DNA of 64,000 bases from an uncultured Rhodospirillaceae bacterium (lineage in GTDB: Bacteria > Pseudomonadota > Alphaproteobacteria > MPNO01 > UBA2964): positions 30,056-94,055 of the forward strand of contig CAJXEC010000001.1 in NCBI GenBank assembly GCA_913052165.1, in the 5' to 3' direction. The number at the start of each line of letters is the position of its first letter. Within the stretch, counting starts at the first letter, position 1. This document shows, piece by piece, positions 9,353-18,111 of the stretch. Under the pieces are notes generated by a model. That model made no database searches. It saw nothing but the letters and a program-made list of their open reading frames with translations, and was not told the DNA's origin. A program made the translations under genes and the position numbers.

Positions 9353-11662
9353 TCAATCGTGATCCAAGTCACCGCTGCCAGGCATTGGAGTATCCGAGGT
9401 GTTTTTTCTTTTCTCCCCAAAGACTTTTTTTTCCGGTTTGGGAGCCTCGGTATGTTCAGGCCTGGCAATAGCCACTCTTCCCTCTGGCGCGTTTCCTGCC
9501 TTATCAACACCGAAATAAATTGTGCGATGCGGAAATGGCATCTCTATCGACAATTCATCGAAGCGCTTTTTCATCCGTCGATTAAATTCTCGTCCGACAC
9601 GCCATTGCATGATGGGTTGCGTGGTAATTCTGGCTCTGATGTTGACTGCATTATCGCCGAATGAGTCAACTCCTAAAACCTCCAGCGGTTCGACGATCAT
9701 CGGGCCATAAACTTCGTCAGCCTCCATATCACGACCTATTTCATGGAGAATTTCGGTTACCTGATCCGTGTCTTCTCGGTAGGCTACGCCGATCTCAAAT
9801 AAGTAACGTGAAAACTCTTTGGTCATGTTTTCTACGGTACTGACTTCACTGAAAGGAACGATGTGTACATTACCTGCGACATCTCTAAGTCGAATTGTCC
9901 TTAAAGATAGCTGTTCCACAAAACCCGAATGTGATCCAATTCTTACAACATCTCCCACCGCAATTTGATCCTCAGTTAGGATAAAAACGCCCGTTATTAT
10001 ATCCTTAACTAGAGTTTGAGCTCCAAATCCCACCGCCAAACCAACTACTCCAGCACCAGCCAAAAGCGGGCCGATATTTAAACCCATTTCTGACAGCGTA
10101 ACGAGGATAACCAATGTGGACAAAATCACCAACAATGTCGTCCGCAGCAAAGGCAAAAGCGTTTTCGCTCGCGAGGATATATCACTCGCCTCTGTCAAAT
10201 ATCGCTCCACCAGGGCACTCACTACCTCCCAAATAATTACAGTTATTACTATAAGCAAACTCACGGTAAAAAGGCTGCTTAGGAAACTCTGTCCTTGGGA
10301 GGAAGAAATCCAACTACTGACATCCACACCCCAGGCCTCCAGCAGGGCTATTGTAGCTGTCAAAACGATCAATATATTACCTATCCGCTGAATCAAAGGA
10401 ACGTACAGACTAGTCCGAGATTCCAAGCCAGGATAACGAGCCTTAACATCATCCTTTAGAGCAAAAACCCTCGAGATCACTTGGGAAAGGGCGCTAGCTG
10501 AAGCGACGGCCAACACCAAGGTCAACAATGTAATAATGGTCGCACGAAAAAGAAAATCTGATCCTCTTTCTATTTCTAATGCCCAAACGATAAACAGGGC
10601 AGAAACATAAAAAAGTGCTAATACATGCCAAACAGCTGCGAAACGTCTCCGAAAGGATAAAAAAAGCTCGACTTCCTCAGATTTACCCGCGATAAATTCA
10701 GCCACTCTTGCCCTACACTGCAAAATCAAGACTGCAACCATCAACGCCAAAAATAGACCAACTATTTTAAAACCTAAAGAAGCCGGTTGGGCCTTCAAAC
10801 CGCAATCCTGCGCAATATTTACAGTGGTCACACCAAAAATCGCTACATATGTAAGCCGTCTGATCCAGATAAAAAGATAGTTAGCATCCAAATCACTGAG
10901 CTTTACTAATCTCAAGTTTGCCGCAACGGGGGTCAGAAACATTCGGGAAAAAGCCATGATAACTGCTACCCAAAAAAGAGCCTGTAACAGTTTCTCTGAA
11001 ATGGACGCGGCTACTGGAAGAGACGGTTGGCCGAGAGTTTTTGTAGCCAACATGCCTAAAACCAAAAGGGTAACCGGCGGCAGCAAATCAATTATTGTGC
11101 GCGCTAAAAGCGTAGGAAATCTGTCCCAGAAAGACTCTGTCTCCCGGGTTTGAAGGCGCCCACGAGCCCCAGAAGTAATCCTTTGAACCAACAAATACCC
11201 AGTTAAACCAGACCCCAAGATTAGTATTATTTGCCAAAAAAATGAGAAAAGTTTTTCTCTCGAACCCAAGCTGAAAAGATCTTCTGTAAATGCCTGTATT
11301 TCTGTCGGCAGGCGACTGAAACTAGAGGAAAAGGTCGCCAATTCATTGCTCACTCTCTGCAGTCGATCGGAAATTAAGTTAGAAATCCGAGATGAGAGCA
11401 CGGGGTCAGAATTTTCAGGCCCTGTCGCCTTTTGAGCTGCAATCAACGCTCTTATTTGTGAGACCAACGTGGCCCGTGACTCCTTGTCTTCCAGAACATC
11501 AATCAGCCTACTGAGATCGTCGGAGGTTGCAGATTGTTCGGTATCCGAAAAGTTTTGTTGTTTTTGCCCTTGCGCAAGAACAGGTGAACATAAAAAAACA
11601 AACAGAATGAAGAAACAAAATGCTTTGAGGATATATAAGTGCATCTGCTTTTTACGCATCAA
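9353..11662 (-). CDS. Mechanosensitive ion channel, MscK/KefA-like large MscS-family protein
   Basis: 769 aa. N-terminal signal peptide and periplasmic coiled region, about 10 TM, C-terminal MscS pore/beta domain (GLAVGFGAQTLVKDIITGVFILTEDQIAVGDVV). Confidence 0.8.
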   Translation of the reverse strand: MMRKKQMHLYILKAFCFFILFVFLCSPVLAQGQKQQNFSDTEQSATSDDLSRLIDVLEDKESRATLVSQIRALIAAQKATGPENSDPVLSSRISNLISDRLQRVSNELATFSSSFSRLPTEIQAFTEDLFSLGSREKLFSFFWQIILILGSGLTGYLLVQRITSGARGRLQTRETESFWDRFPTLLARTIIDLLPPVTLLVLGMLATKTLGQPSLPVAASISEKLLQALFWVAVIMAFSRMFLTPVAANLRLVKLSDLDANYLFIWIRRLTYVAIFGVTTVNIAQDCGLKAQPASLGFKIVGLFLALMVAVLILQCRARVAEFIAGKSEEVELFLSFRRRFAAVWHVLALFYVSALFIVWALEIERGSDFLFRATIITLLTLVLAVASASALSQVISRVFALKDDVKARYPGLESRTSLYVPLIQRIGNILIVLTATIALLEAWGVDVSSWISSSQGQSFLSSLFTVSLLIVITVIIWEVVSALVERYLTEASDISSRAKTLLPLLRTTLLVILSTLVILVTLSEMGLNIGPLLAGAGVVGLAVGFGAQTLVKDIITGVFILTEDQIAVGDVVRIGSHSGFVEQLSLRTIRLRDVAGNVHIVPFSEVSTVENMTKEFSRYLFEIGVAYREDTDQVTEILHEIGRDMEADEVYGPMIVEPLEVLGVDSFGDNAVNIRARITTQPIMQWRVGREFNRRMKKRFDELSIEMPFPHRTIYFGVDKAGNAPEGRVAIARPEHTEAPKPEKKVFGEKRKNTSDTPMPGSGDLDHD

Positions 11663-11796
11663 TTATTTTAAAAAGGGTTTCACTAAATATTATAGCACTG
11701 GCCAAACTTCCAAAATAGCCAATTTGCGCCCATTGGCGGGGAGGTCTTGCTTGTCTATGCTCTCTAAAATTTGTTTACGAGAGGTTTTAGAGAGTT

Positions 11797-14130
11797 ATGG
11801 GCGAATTTGCGATCGGTCAACCGCTACCCAGGGAAGAAGATCCCAGATTACTGAGGGGAGACGGGAATTACCTGGATGACATTAATTTTTTAAACCAAGC
11901 ATACGGCTTTGTCTTGCGGAGCCCGCATGCACACGCAAAGATCATTTCTATAGATACGCAAGCCGCAAAAAACTCGCCCGGTGTTGTTCGTGTTCTGACA
12001 GGTGATGACTGGAAAGCAGAAAATTATGGGACCATGCCATGCGAAGATACCGCAATGGCCAATCGTTCAGATGGGACACCGATGTTTCACCCTTATCGCG
12101 GGGCTCTAATCACTAAAAGAGCACGCTTTGTGGGAGATTACATCGCCTTTGTTATCGCTGAGACCCGAGATCAAGCGCGGAACGCAGCAGAACTAATAGA
12201 GGTAGAGTACGAGGTATTACCAGCAATCAACTCGATTGAGAAAGCGCTCGAAGGCGATATTACTTCTGTCTGGCCCGCAAATCCTGACAATATCGCTTTC
12301 ACACTTGAAAAAGGCGACGAGCCGGCCGTCGAGGAAGCTTTTGCAAAAGCGGACAAGATTATAACTCGTGAGTTCCGTATTAGTCGAGTCACGGCTGTTA
12401 CTCTTGAGCCCAGAGGATGCATCGGTTCTTACGACAAGCGGACCGCAAGGTATACGCTTTATACCGGGCTGCAGAATCCTCACCCCGTTCGGCAACAGCT
12501 CACGCAGGGCGTGTTCCATATTCCGGAAACTCAAATGCATGTGGTTCCGGGCGACGTTGGCGGTAGTTTCGGTATGCGAGGAGGCACTTATCCGGAATTG
12601 GCCTTGGTTCTATGGGGCGCTAGACTTACCGATAGACCGATAAAGTGGATCTGCGACCGCTCAGAAGGCTTCATGTCAGATGATCATGGGCGCGATAATC
12701 TTAGCAGAGTCTCGCTCGCACTGGATAAAGAGGGTTTATTCCTGGGCATTAAGGTTCATTCCGTCGCAAGTATGGGGGCATATCTAGCAATCCGGGGGCC
12801 CCGACCACCGACGAACAATTTGGGCACACTTGCGGGGGTATACAGAACGCCCGCGGCCTTTGTTAGGGTTGATGGTGTTTTCACAAATATGAATTGCACA
12901 AACCCGTACAGAGGATCCGGCGCGCCAGAAGCTGCCTTTAACATCGAGAGAATAGTCGACATAGCGGCAGATGAAATTGGAATGGATCCTGCGTTATTGC
13001 GAGCCAAAAATAGTGTAACCCCAGAACAGATGCCTTGGACAAATGCGCTGGGCTTTACGTATGATTGCGGAGATTTTCCTGGAAATCAGGAAAAAGCGCT
13101 GAATGCGATAAACTATGACCAATTTTCTGATCGAAGGGAAAAATCCCGGGTAGCCGGGCGCCTCAGGGGACTAGGTATCTCAAATACAGTCAAAAAAACA
13201 TCTTCACCCTTCCCTGAGACATGCAAGCTCAGATTTGATCCATCGGGCACACTGACCATGATCATGGGAACAATAAGTCACGGGCAGGGCCATGAGACAA
13301 TTTTTAAACAAATCGTCTGCGATAAACTTGGATTAGACCCCTCTATCATTCGGTTTGTCCAAGGTGATACGGACGTGGCAACCTACGGCCGTGGAACGTT
13401 TAATTCACGCTCGACGTCAATCGGCGGCTCAGCTGCCGCATTAGCGTGCAGTAAAACGATTGATAAAGGCAGACGGATCGCGGCTCATATATTTGAAACT
13501 GCTGAGAGTGATATTGAATTCACATCAGGGAATTTCATTGTAACCGGCACGGATCGACAAATTTCTCTTGTTGAGGTCGCGCAAAAATCGTTCCAAGCTT
13601 CTTCCATGCCACCAGACATTGAGCCCGGTCTTGATGAACAAGGTGTTTTCAAACCCGAGTATTGGAATTGGCCGACTGGGGTACAAGTGTGCGAAGTAGA
13701 GATAGATCCTGAAACAGGCGCCACGGACATTGTAAACTTTGTATGCGTTGACGACGTAGGAACTGTAATAAATCCCCTACTTCTTAAAGCACAGATGCAT
13801 GGCGGAATAGCTCAAGGAATAGGTCAAGCCTTGATGGAAAACATCCATTTTGATGGTGCCAGCGGACAACTTTTAACGGGCTCTTTAATGGATTATTGCA
13901 TGCCAAGAGCCGATGATTTTTGCTACATGGACATCATAAGCGCTCCAACCATTACTGCATCTAATCTAATCGGTGCGAAGGGTGGAGGAGAATCGGGGCC
14001 TACGGGTGCTTTACCCGCAACCATTAATGCCGTCATGAATGCGCTAAGGCCGCTCGGCGTCAATCATTTAGACATGCCTGCTACCTCATACCGAATTTGG
14101 CAAGCGATCCAGGCGGCGAGAGCACCTTGA
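11797..14130 (+). CDS. Xanthine dehydrogenase/aerobic CO dehydrogenase family molybdopterin-binding large subunit (CoxL-like, variant active-site loop)
   Basis: 777 aa. N-terminal MGEFAIGQPLPREEDPRLLRG typical of CoxL-like proteins. Active-site loop region reads NPYRGSGAPEAA, not the form-I VAYRCSFR. C-terminal Mo-cofactor binding region is conserved. Confidence 0.8.
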   Translation: MGEFAIGQPLPREEDPRLLRGDGNYLDDINFLNQAYGFVLRSPHAHAKIISIDTQAAKNSPGVVRVLTGDDWKAENYGTMPCEDTAMANRSDGTPMFHPYRGALITKRARFVGDYIAFVIAETRDQARNAAELIEVEYEVLPAINSIEKALEGDITSVWPANPDNIAFTLEKGDEPAVEEAFAKADKIITREFRISRVTAVTLEPRGCIGSYDKRTARYTLYTGLQNPHPVRQQLTQGVFHIPETQMHVVPGDVGGSFGMRGGTYPELALVLWGARLTDRPIKWICDRSEGFMSDDHGRDNLSRVSLALDKEGLFLGIKVHSVASMGAYLAIRGPRPPTNNLGTLAGVYRTPAAFVRVDGVFTNMNCTNPYRGSGAPEAAFNIERIVDIAADEIGMDPALLRAKNSVTPEQMPWTNALGFTYDCGDFPGNQEKALNAINYDQFSDRREKSRVAGRLRGLGISNTVKKTSSPFPETCKLRFDPSGTLTMIMGTISHGQGHETIFKQIVCDKLGLDPSIIRFVQGDTDVATYGRGTFNSRSTSIGGSAAALACSKTIDKGRRIAAHIFETAESDIEFTSGNFIVTGTDRQISLVEVAQKSFQASSMPPDIEPGLDEQGVFKPEYWNWPTGVQVCEVEIDPETGATDIVNFVCVDDVGTVINPLLLKAQMHGGIAQGIGQALMENIHFDGASGQLLTGSLMDYCMPRADDFCYMDIISAPTITASNLIGAKGGGESGPTGALPATINAVMNALRPLGVNHLDMPATSYRIWQAIQAARAP

Positions 14131-14161
14131 CCGATTTGAAAAATATGCTGGAGCAGATCGA

Positions 14162-15007
14162 ATGAATGAAAAAACAGTCGCAGGCAGGGTATGTATTGTA
14201 ACGGGCGGCACACGAGGCCTTGGGCTTGCAATGGCGACGGGCCTCGCCCGATCGGGAGCAAAGGTGTTTGCACCCGGTCATATCGCAGAAGATATCCCAA
14301 ACCTGGAGGAGAGCGCGAAGAAATTAGGCAACAATGACGGTGCAATTCATCCACTTGTCGCAGACCTAAGAAAGCCGACAGACTGCGAGTTTGTAATCGA
14401 TAGTGCTCTAAAAAAATATGGAAAGGTAGAAGTTCTCATCAACAATGCTGGTCTGGGTATGCGGCCGTTTTCGGAGAACTTTATGACTGATCCGGTAAAG
14501 TTTTGGGAGACCGATGTAAACCAAGTAAAGGCAACCTTCGATACGAATGCCCTCGGCCCGTTTCAAATGGCAAGAGCAGCGATTCCCCACATGCTCAGAG
14601 GTCATTGGGGGCGCATCATAAATGTAACTACGAGCATTGGTACTATGCAGAGGAGGGGATTCTTTCCTTACGGCCCCTCGAAAGCAGCTTTGGAAGCAGC
14701 AACTCAAATCTGGGCAGAAGATCTGGCCGGATCAGGTCTTACCTCAAACGTGCTGATCCCAGGTCGGGCTGCGGACACTGATATAATGCCAACCAACTGG
14801 AGAGAGAGTAGAGCTCACCGTTCAGGCGCAGAGCCTGCCACCCCCGAGATAATGGTGCCACCCACGCTCTGGCTGGCATCTGACGCATCGAATGGTTTTA
14901 CCGGTTTGCGCTTCGAGGCCGATAAATGGGAAACCAAGATGAGGCCAACAGAGGCGGCAAAACAAAACGCTCGACCAGTAGGTTTTCGCCTCCATGAAAA
15001 CGATTGA
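14162..15007 (+). CDS. Short-chain dehydrogenase/reductase (SDR) family oxidoreductase
   Basis: N-terminal Rossmann TGGTRGLGLA and NNAG motif, 281 aa. Confidence 0.8.
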   Translation: MNEKTVAGRVCIVTGGTRGLGLAMATGLARSGAKVFAPGHIAEDIPNLEESAKKLGNNDGAIHPLVADLRKPTDCEFVIDSALKKYGKVEVLINNAGLGMRPFSENFMTDPVKFWETDVNQVKATFDTNALGPFQMARAAIPHMLRGHWGRIINVTTSIGTMQRRGFFPYGPSKAALEAATQIWAEDLAGSGLTSNVLIPGRAADTDIMPTNWRESRAHRSGAEPATPEIMVPPTLWLASDASNGFTGLRFEADKWETKMRPTEAAKQNARPVGFRLHEND

Positions 15008-15730
15008 GTGTAGGTTTTGGTAGATAATATGATCCTACATATTGCCGAATGTTGTATTCGAAATTTATTGCACATATTAAAAAGTATTGGCCACTCTGTT
15101 ATTAATTTGGCTCAGAAAAAGTGGGCTCTGAATTTATCTCACTGAATAAAATAACTCAGGGTAATTCGCGATACTGGTTGCCCGCCATGTCAATATTTCC
15201 TATGTCCGAGACGGTGGCTAAAGTTTTAGAGAATAACAATGACTGATGAAAACTATTGCCAAAACAAAATAAGCTCATCCGCAAGTCGGTGAAAAATGGG
15301 AATAATGATTTGGGGGCTGTGAACGCTAAGACGCTGACACTAGCGCCACAAAAATATATCCAGTTATTCCCTCCGAGCACTATTCGATTGTGATCGGACC
15401 CTATGTAAACCAGATCTAAAACAAAAATATGGAGCCAGTGGTAGCAATACAAAATGGCAAATGACACCATGATTCAAACGGCTGGAAACACGATTGCTGG
15501 CAGTATGGGCGGAGTTGAAGAACCCAGAGACACTTGCAGCGGCTGTGATAGAAATTCAGGGGGTCAGAAGTCAGATAGCACCCCCCGCTGGAATTCCAAA
15601 AGTAAAATGTGTTGGATAAACAAAGCGCGAACATCAAAAATGTTTTGGTTGCCCTCCGAAGGCTTAAAACAAATACCAATCGACTCGCCCAGTGGGACTT
15701 GAAGTTTATGAATACGTGATGCCCTAATAC

Positions 15731-15751
15731 CGTCAGCAACTGACTTTTTTT
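15731..15751 (+). terminator. Short hairpin GTCAG-CAA-CTGAC plus T7 immediately 5' of the coxL-like-2 RBS (possible terminator or attenuator)
   Basis: 5-bp stem, 3-nt loop, followed by TTTTTTT, then AGGAGG and ATG 15 nt later. Weak as a terminator because the stem is short. Confidence 0.3.
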
Positions 15752-15765
15752 AGGAGGAAGTCATA

Positions 15766-18111
15766 ATGGGTGAATTTGGCATAGGACAAGCTGTTCCTCG
15801 GACTGAGGATCCGCGGCTTCTTAAGGGTGAGGGACGATTTGGCGATGACTTCTCATTTGGAAGAGAAGCAATCGGATATTTTTTGCGTTCGCCGCATGCT
15901 CACGCAAGACTCCTATCTCTAGACACGGAACAAGCAAAAAAAATGCCGGGGGTCCTGTCCATAATTACTGGCAAGGACCTTCAGGAATTAAACCTTGGAA
16001 AGTTTCCTTGCATGGTAACCCGCCATAAACGAGACGGATCAGTACAACAAGCGCCTCGGAGAGGCCTAGCTATAGACCGTGTCCGATTTGTAGGGGATCC
16101 GATAGCTTTTATAACTGCAGAGACTCTCAATAAAGCTAAAGACGCGGCAGAGTGTATCGATGTAAATTTTGAAGTTTTACCCGCCTTTACAAACTTGGAT
16201 CAATTCGGACAGTCCTCAGTAATACCGATTTGGGACGACTGCGATGACAACGAAGCCTTTTATTTTGAAGTCGGTGACAAAACCGCGGTAGATGCTGCGT
16301 TTTATGCCGCAGACCACGTGACCAAAATAAGCTATCGAGTGAACAGAGTTTCCGCCAACGCAATGGAGCCACGAGTTTCTATTGGTGAGTATGACGCCCG
16401 TATGGGACGCTATTTGTTAACCACCAGCACTCAACAAGTCCACGGCATACGTACCCATTTATCGAATATACTTCGGGTCTCTGAGGCGGAGATAAGGGTC
16501 TCTGCTGGGGAAGTCGGTGGTGGTTTTGGCATGAAAGGTGAGTTGTATGATGACCAGCTACTGGTCCTTCTTGCCTCAAAACAAATTAATCGACCGGTCA
16601 AGTGGACTGCGGAACGGACTGAGTCACTGATGTCCGATACCCATGCCAGAGACAACAATGTTTTGGCTGAGCTAGCGCTCAACAAAGATGGTAAATTTTT
16701 GGGGTTTCGGGTGCAAACGCAAGCTGCTTTAGGAGCTTACATGTCGATGATGACCGCTCACTCTCCAACCAATAATCTCGGTGGATTAGCAGGTGTTTAT
16801 ACGACCCCAGCCATTTATACCTCAGTCTCAGGTATTTTTACGAACAATAATAATACGGCCCCATATCGAGGTGCAGGAAGGCCTGAAGCTAGCCTCGCGA
16901 TCGAGAAAGCAATCGACAGAGCAGCTTATGAGATGAACATTGACCGCGCCGAACTGCGTCGAAGGAATATGATTCCTGTAGCATCACTGCCCTTCCAAAC
17001 TGGCTTAATTTTTAACTATGACTCAGGACGTTTTGAAGAGTCACTCGACAAAACATTAGAACTCTCTAGATGGGAAGAATTTGACAAGAGACGTGAAGTA
17101 TCAAGCCGGCTTGGGAAGCTCAGAGGGATCGGAATATCTTTTGCGATAGAACAGTCTGCTGCTCCTATCGAAGAAACAGCTGAAATCCGTTTCGACGGCA
17201 AAGGCGGATGCACTATTTTGTTGGGAACCGTCGCTCAAGGCCAGGGCCATGATGTGACATTCAAACAAATTGTAAACGAACTACTTGGCATTCCTTTAGA
17301 AAAGATCATGTTCTTTCAAGCGGACACCGATATCGTAGCCCATGGACGAGGTTCTTTTGGCTCGCGTTCGGCTGGTAACGGCGGTGGCGCGCTTTTAATG
17401 GCCAGCGAGAGGATAATTGAGAAAGGAAAGCTTCTCGCTGCTCATATGTTTGAAGCTGCAGTTGAAGACATTATTTTCGAGGCGGGAAAATTCTCAATAA
17501 CAGGCACTGACCGTTCTTTAGGAATTGAGCAAATAGCAAGGACAGCCTACGACCTCACTTTACCCGTCAGTATCGAACCCACCCTCCAAGCCCAAGCTGC
17601 CTTTAAACCCTCGGCACCAACATTCCCGAATGGCTGCCACGTATGCGAGTTAGAAATTGATCCAGAGACAGGCGTTGTAGAGTTCATACAGTATATCGTA
17701 GTGGATGATGTTGGCACTGTAATAAATCCAATGCTTCTCAAAGGGCAGATTATAGGAGGCATTGCTCAGGGGTTGGGCCAGGCAATATGTGAAGATGTAA
17801 CCTTCGATCCTCAAAGCGGGCAGCTCTTATCGGCCTCATTCATTGATTATTGTATGCCTCGGGCGGATAATTTCTGCTCAATTGAGGTGGTGAGTAATGG
17901 TGACCCCTCCCCCACAAACCCCTTGGGCATTAAGGGGGCTGGCGAAGCTGGTTGTGTAGGTGCACTGCCTTGCGTGCAAAGCGCTTTAATTAACGCACTC
18001 CAACCTTCGGGGATCACCGATGTCCCTATGCCGGCAAGCCCTGACAGGCTATGGAAGCTAATCTCCAAAGCGCCTAAAAAATCCAGATCGGGGAAAAAGA
18101 CTTATTCATAG
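15766..18111 (+). CDS. Xanthine dehydrogenase/CO dehydrogenase family large subunit, putative form-II CoxL-like
   Basis: 781 aa, paralogous to 11797..14130 (MGEFGIGQAVPRTEDPRLLKG). Carries the APYRGAGRPEAS loop, the AYRGAGR signature of form-II (putative) CODH large subunits. Confidence 0.8.
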   Translation: MGEFGIGQAVPRTEDPRLLKGEGRFGDDFSFGREAIGYFLRSPHAHARLLSLDTEQAKKMPGVLSIITGKDLQELNLGKFPCMVTRHKRDGSVQQAPRRGLAIDRVRFVGDPIAFITAETLNKAKDAAECIDVNFEVLPAFTNLDQFGQSSVIPIWDDCDDNEAFYFEVGDKTAVDAAFYAADHVTKISYRVNRVSANAMEPRVSIGEYDARMGRYLLTTSTQQVHGIRTHLSNILRVSEAEIRVSAGEVGGGFGMKGELYDDQLLVLLASKQINRPVKWTAERTESLMSDTHARDNNVLAELALNKDGKFLGFRVQTQAALGAYMSMMTAHSPTNNLGGLAGVYTTPAIYTSVSGIFTNNNNTAPYRGAGRPEASLAIEKAIDRAAYEMNIDRAELRRRNMIPVASLPFQTGLIFNYDSGRFEESLDKTLELSRWEEFDKRREVSSRLGKLRGIGISFAIEQSAAPIEETAEIRFDGKGGCTILLGTVAQGQGHDVTFKQIVNELLGIPLEKIMFFQADTDIVAHGRGSFGSRSAGNGGGALLMASERIIEKGKLLAAHMFEAAVEDIIFEAGKFSITGTDRSLGIEQIARTAYDLTLPVSIEPTLQAQAAFKPSAPTFPNGCHVCELEIDPETGVVEFIQYIVVDDVGTVINPMLLKGQIIGGIAQGLGQAICEDVTFDPQSGQLLSASFIDYCMPRADNFCSIEVVSNGDPSPTNPLGIKGAGEAGCVGALPCVQSALINALQPSGITDVPMPASPDRLWKLISKAPKKSRSGKKTYS

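Noticed and set aside
11662-11797. Direct repeat of the tRNA-Arg 3' end marking an island boundary
   Set aside because: I could not find a convincing 15+ nt match to the tRNA 3' end here or in the 15.0-15.8 kb gap by eye. This needs a computational search, so the island idea is kept only as a low-confidence finding.
12171-13730. Antisense ORFs of 81-107 aa inside the first coxL-like gene, and similar ones inside the second (16187..17762)
   Set aside because: These are shadow ORFs on the opposite strand of a well-supported long gene, with non-protein-like composition.
15156-15739. Three overlapping ORFs (82-107 aa) in the SDR-coxL2 gap
   Set aside because: Their translations are Cys/Trp/Phe-rich or low complexity and they overlap one another on both strands in an AT-rich region. 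They are more likely non-coding.
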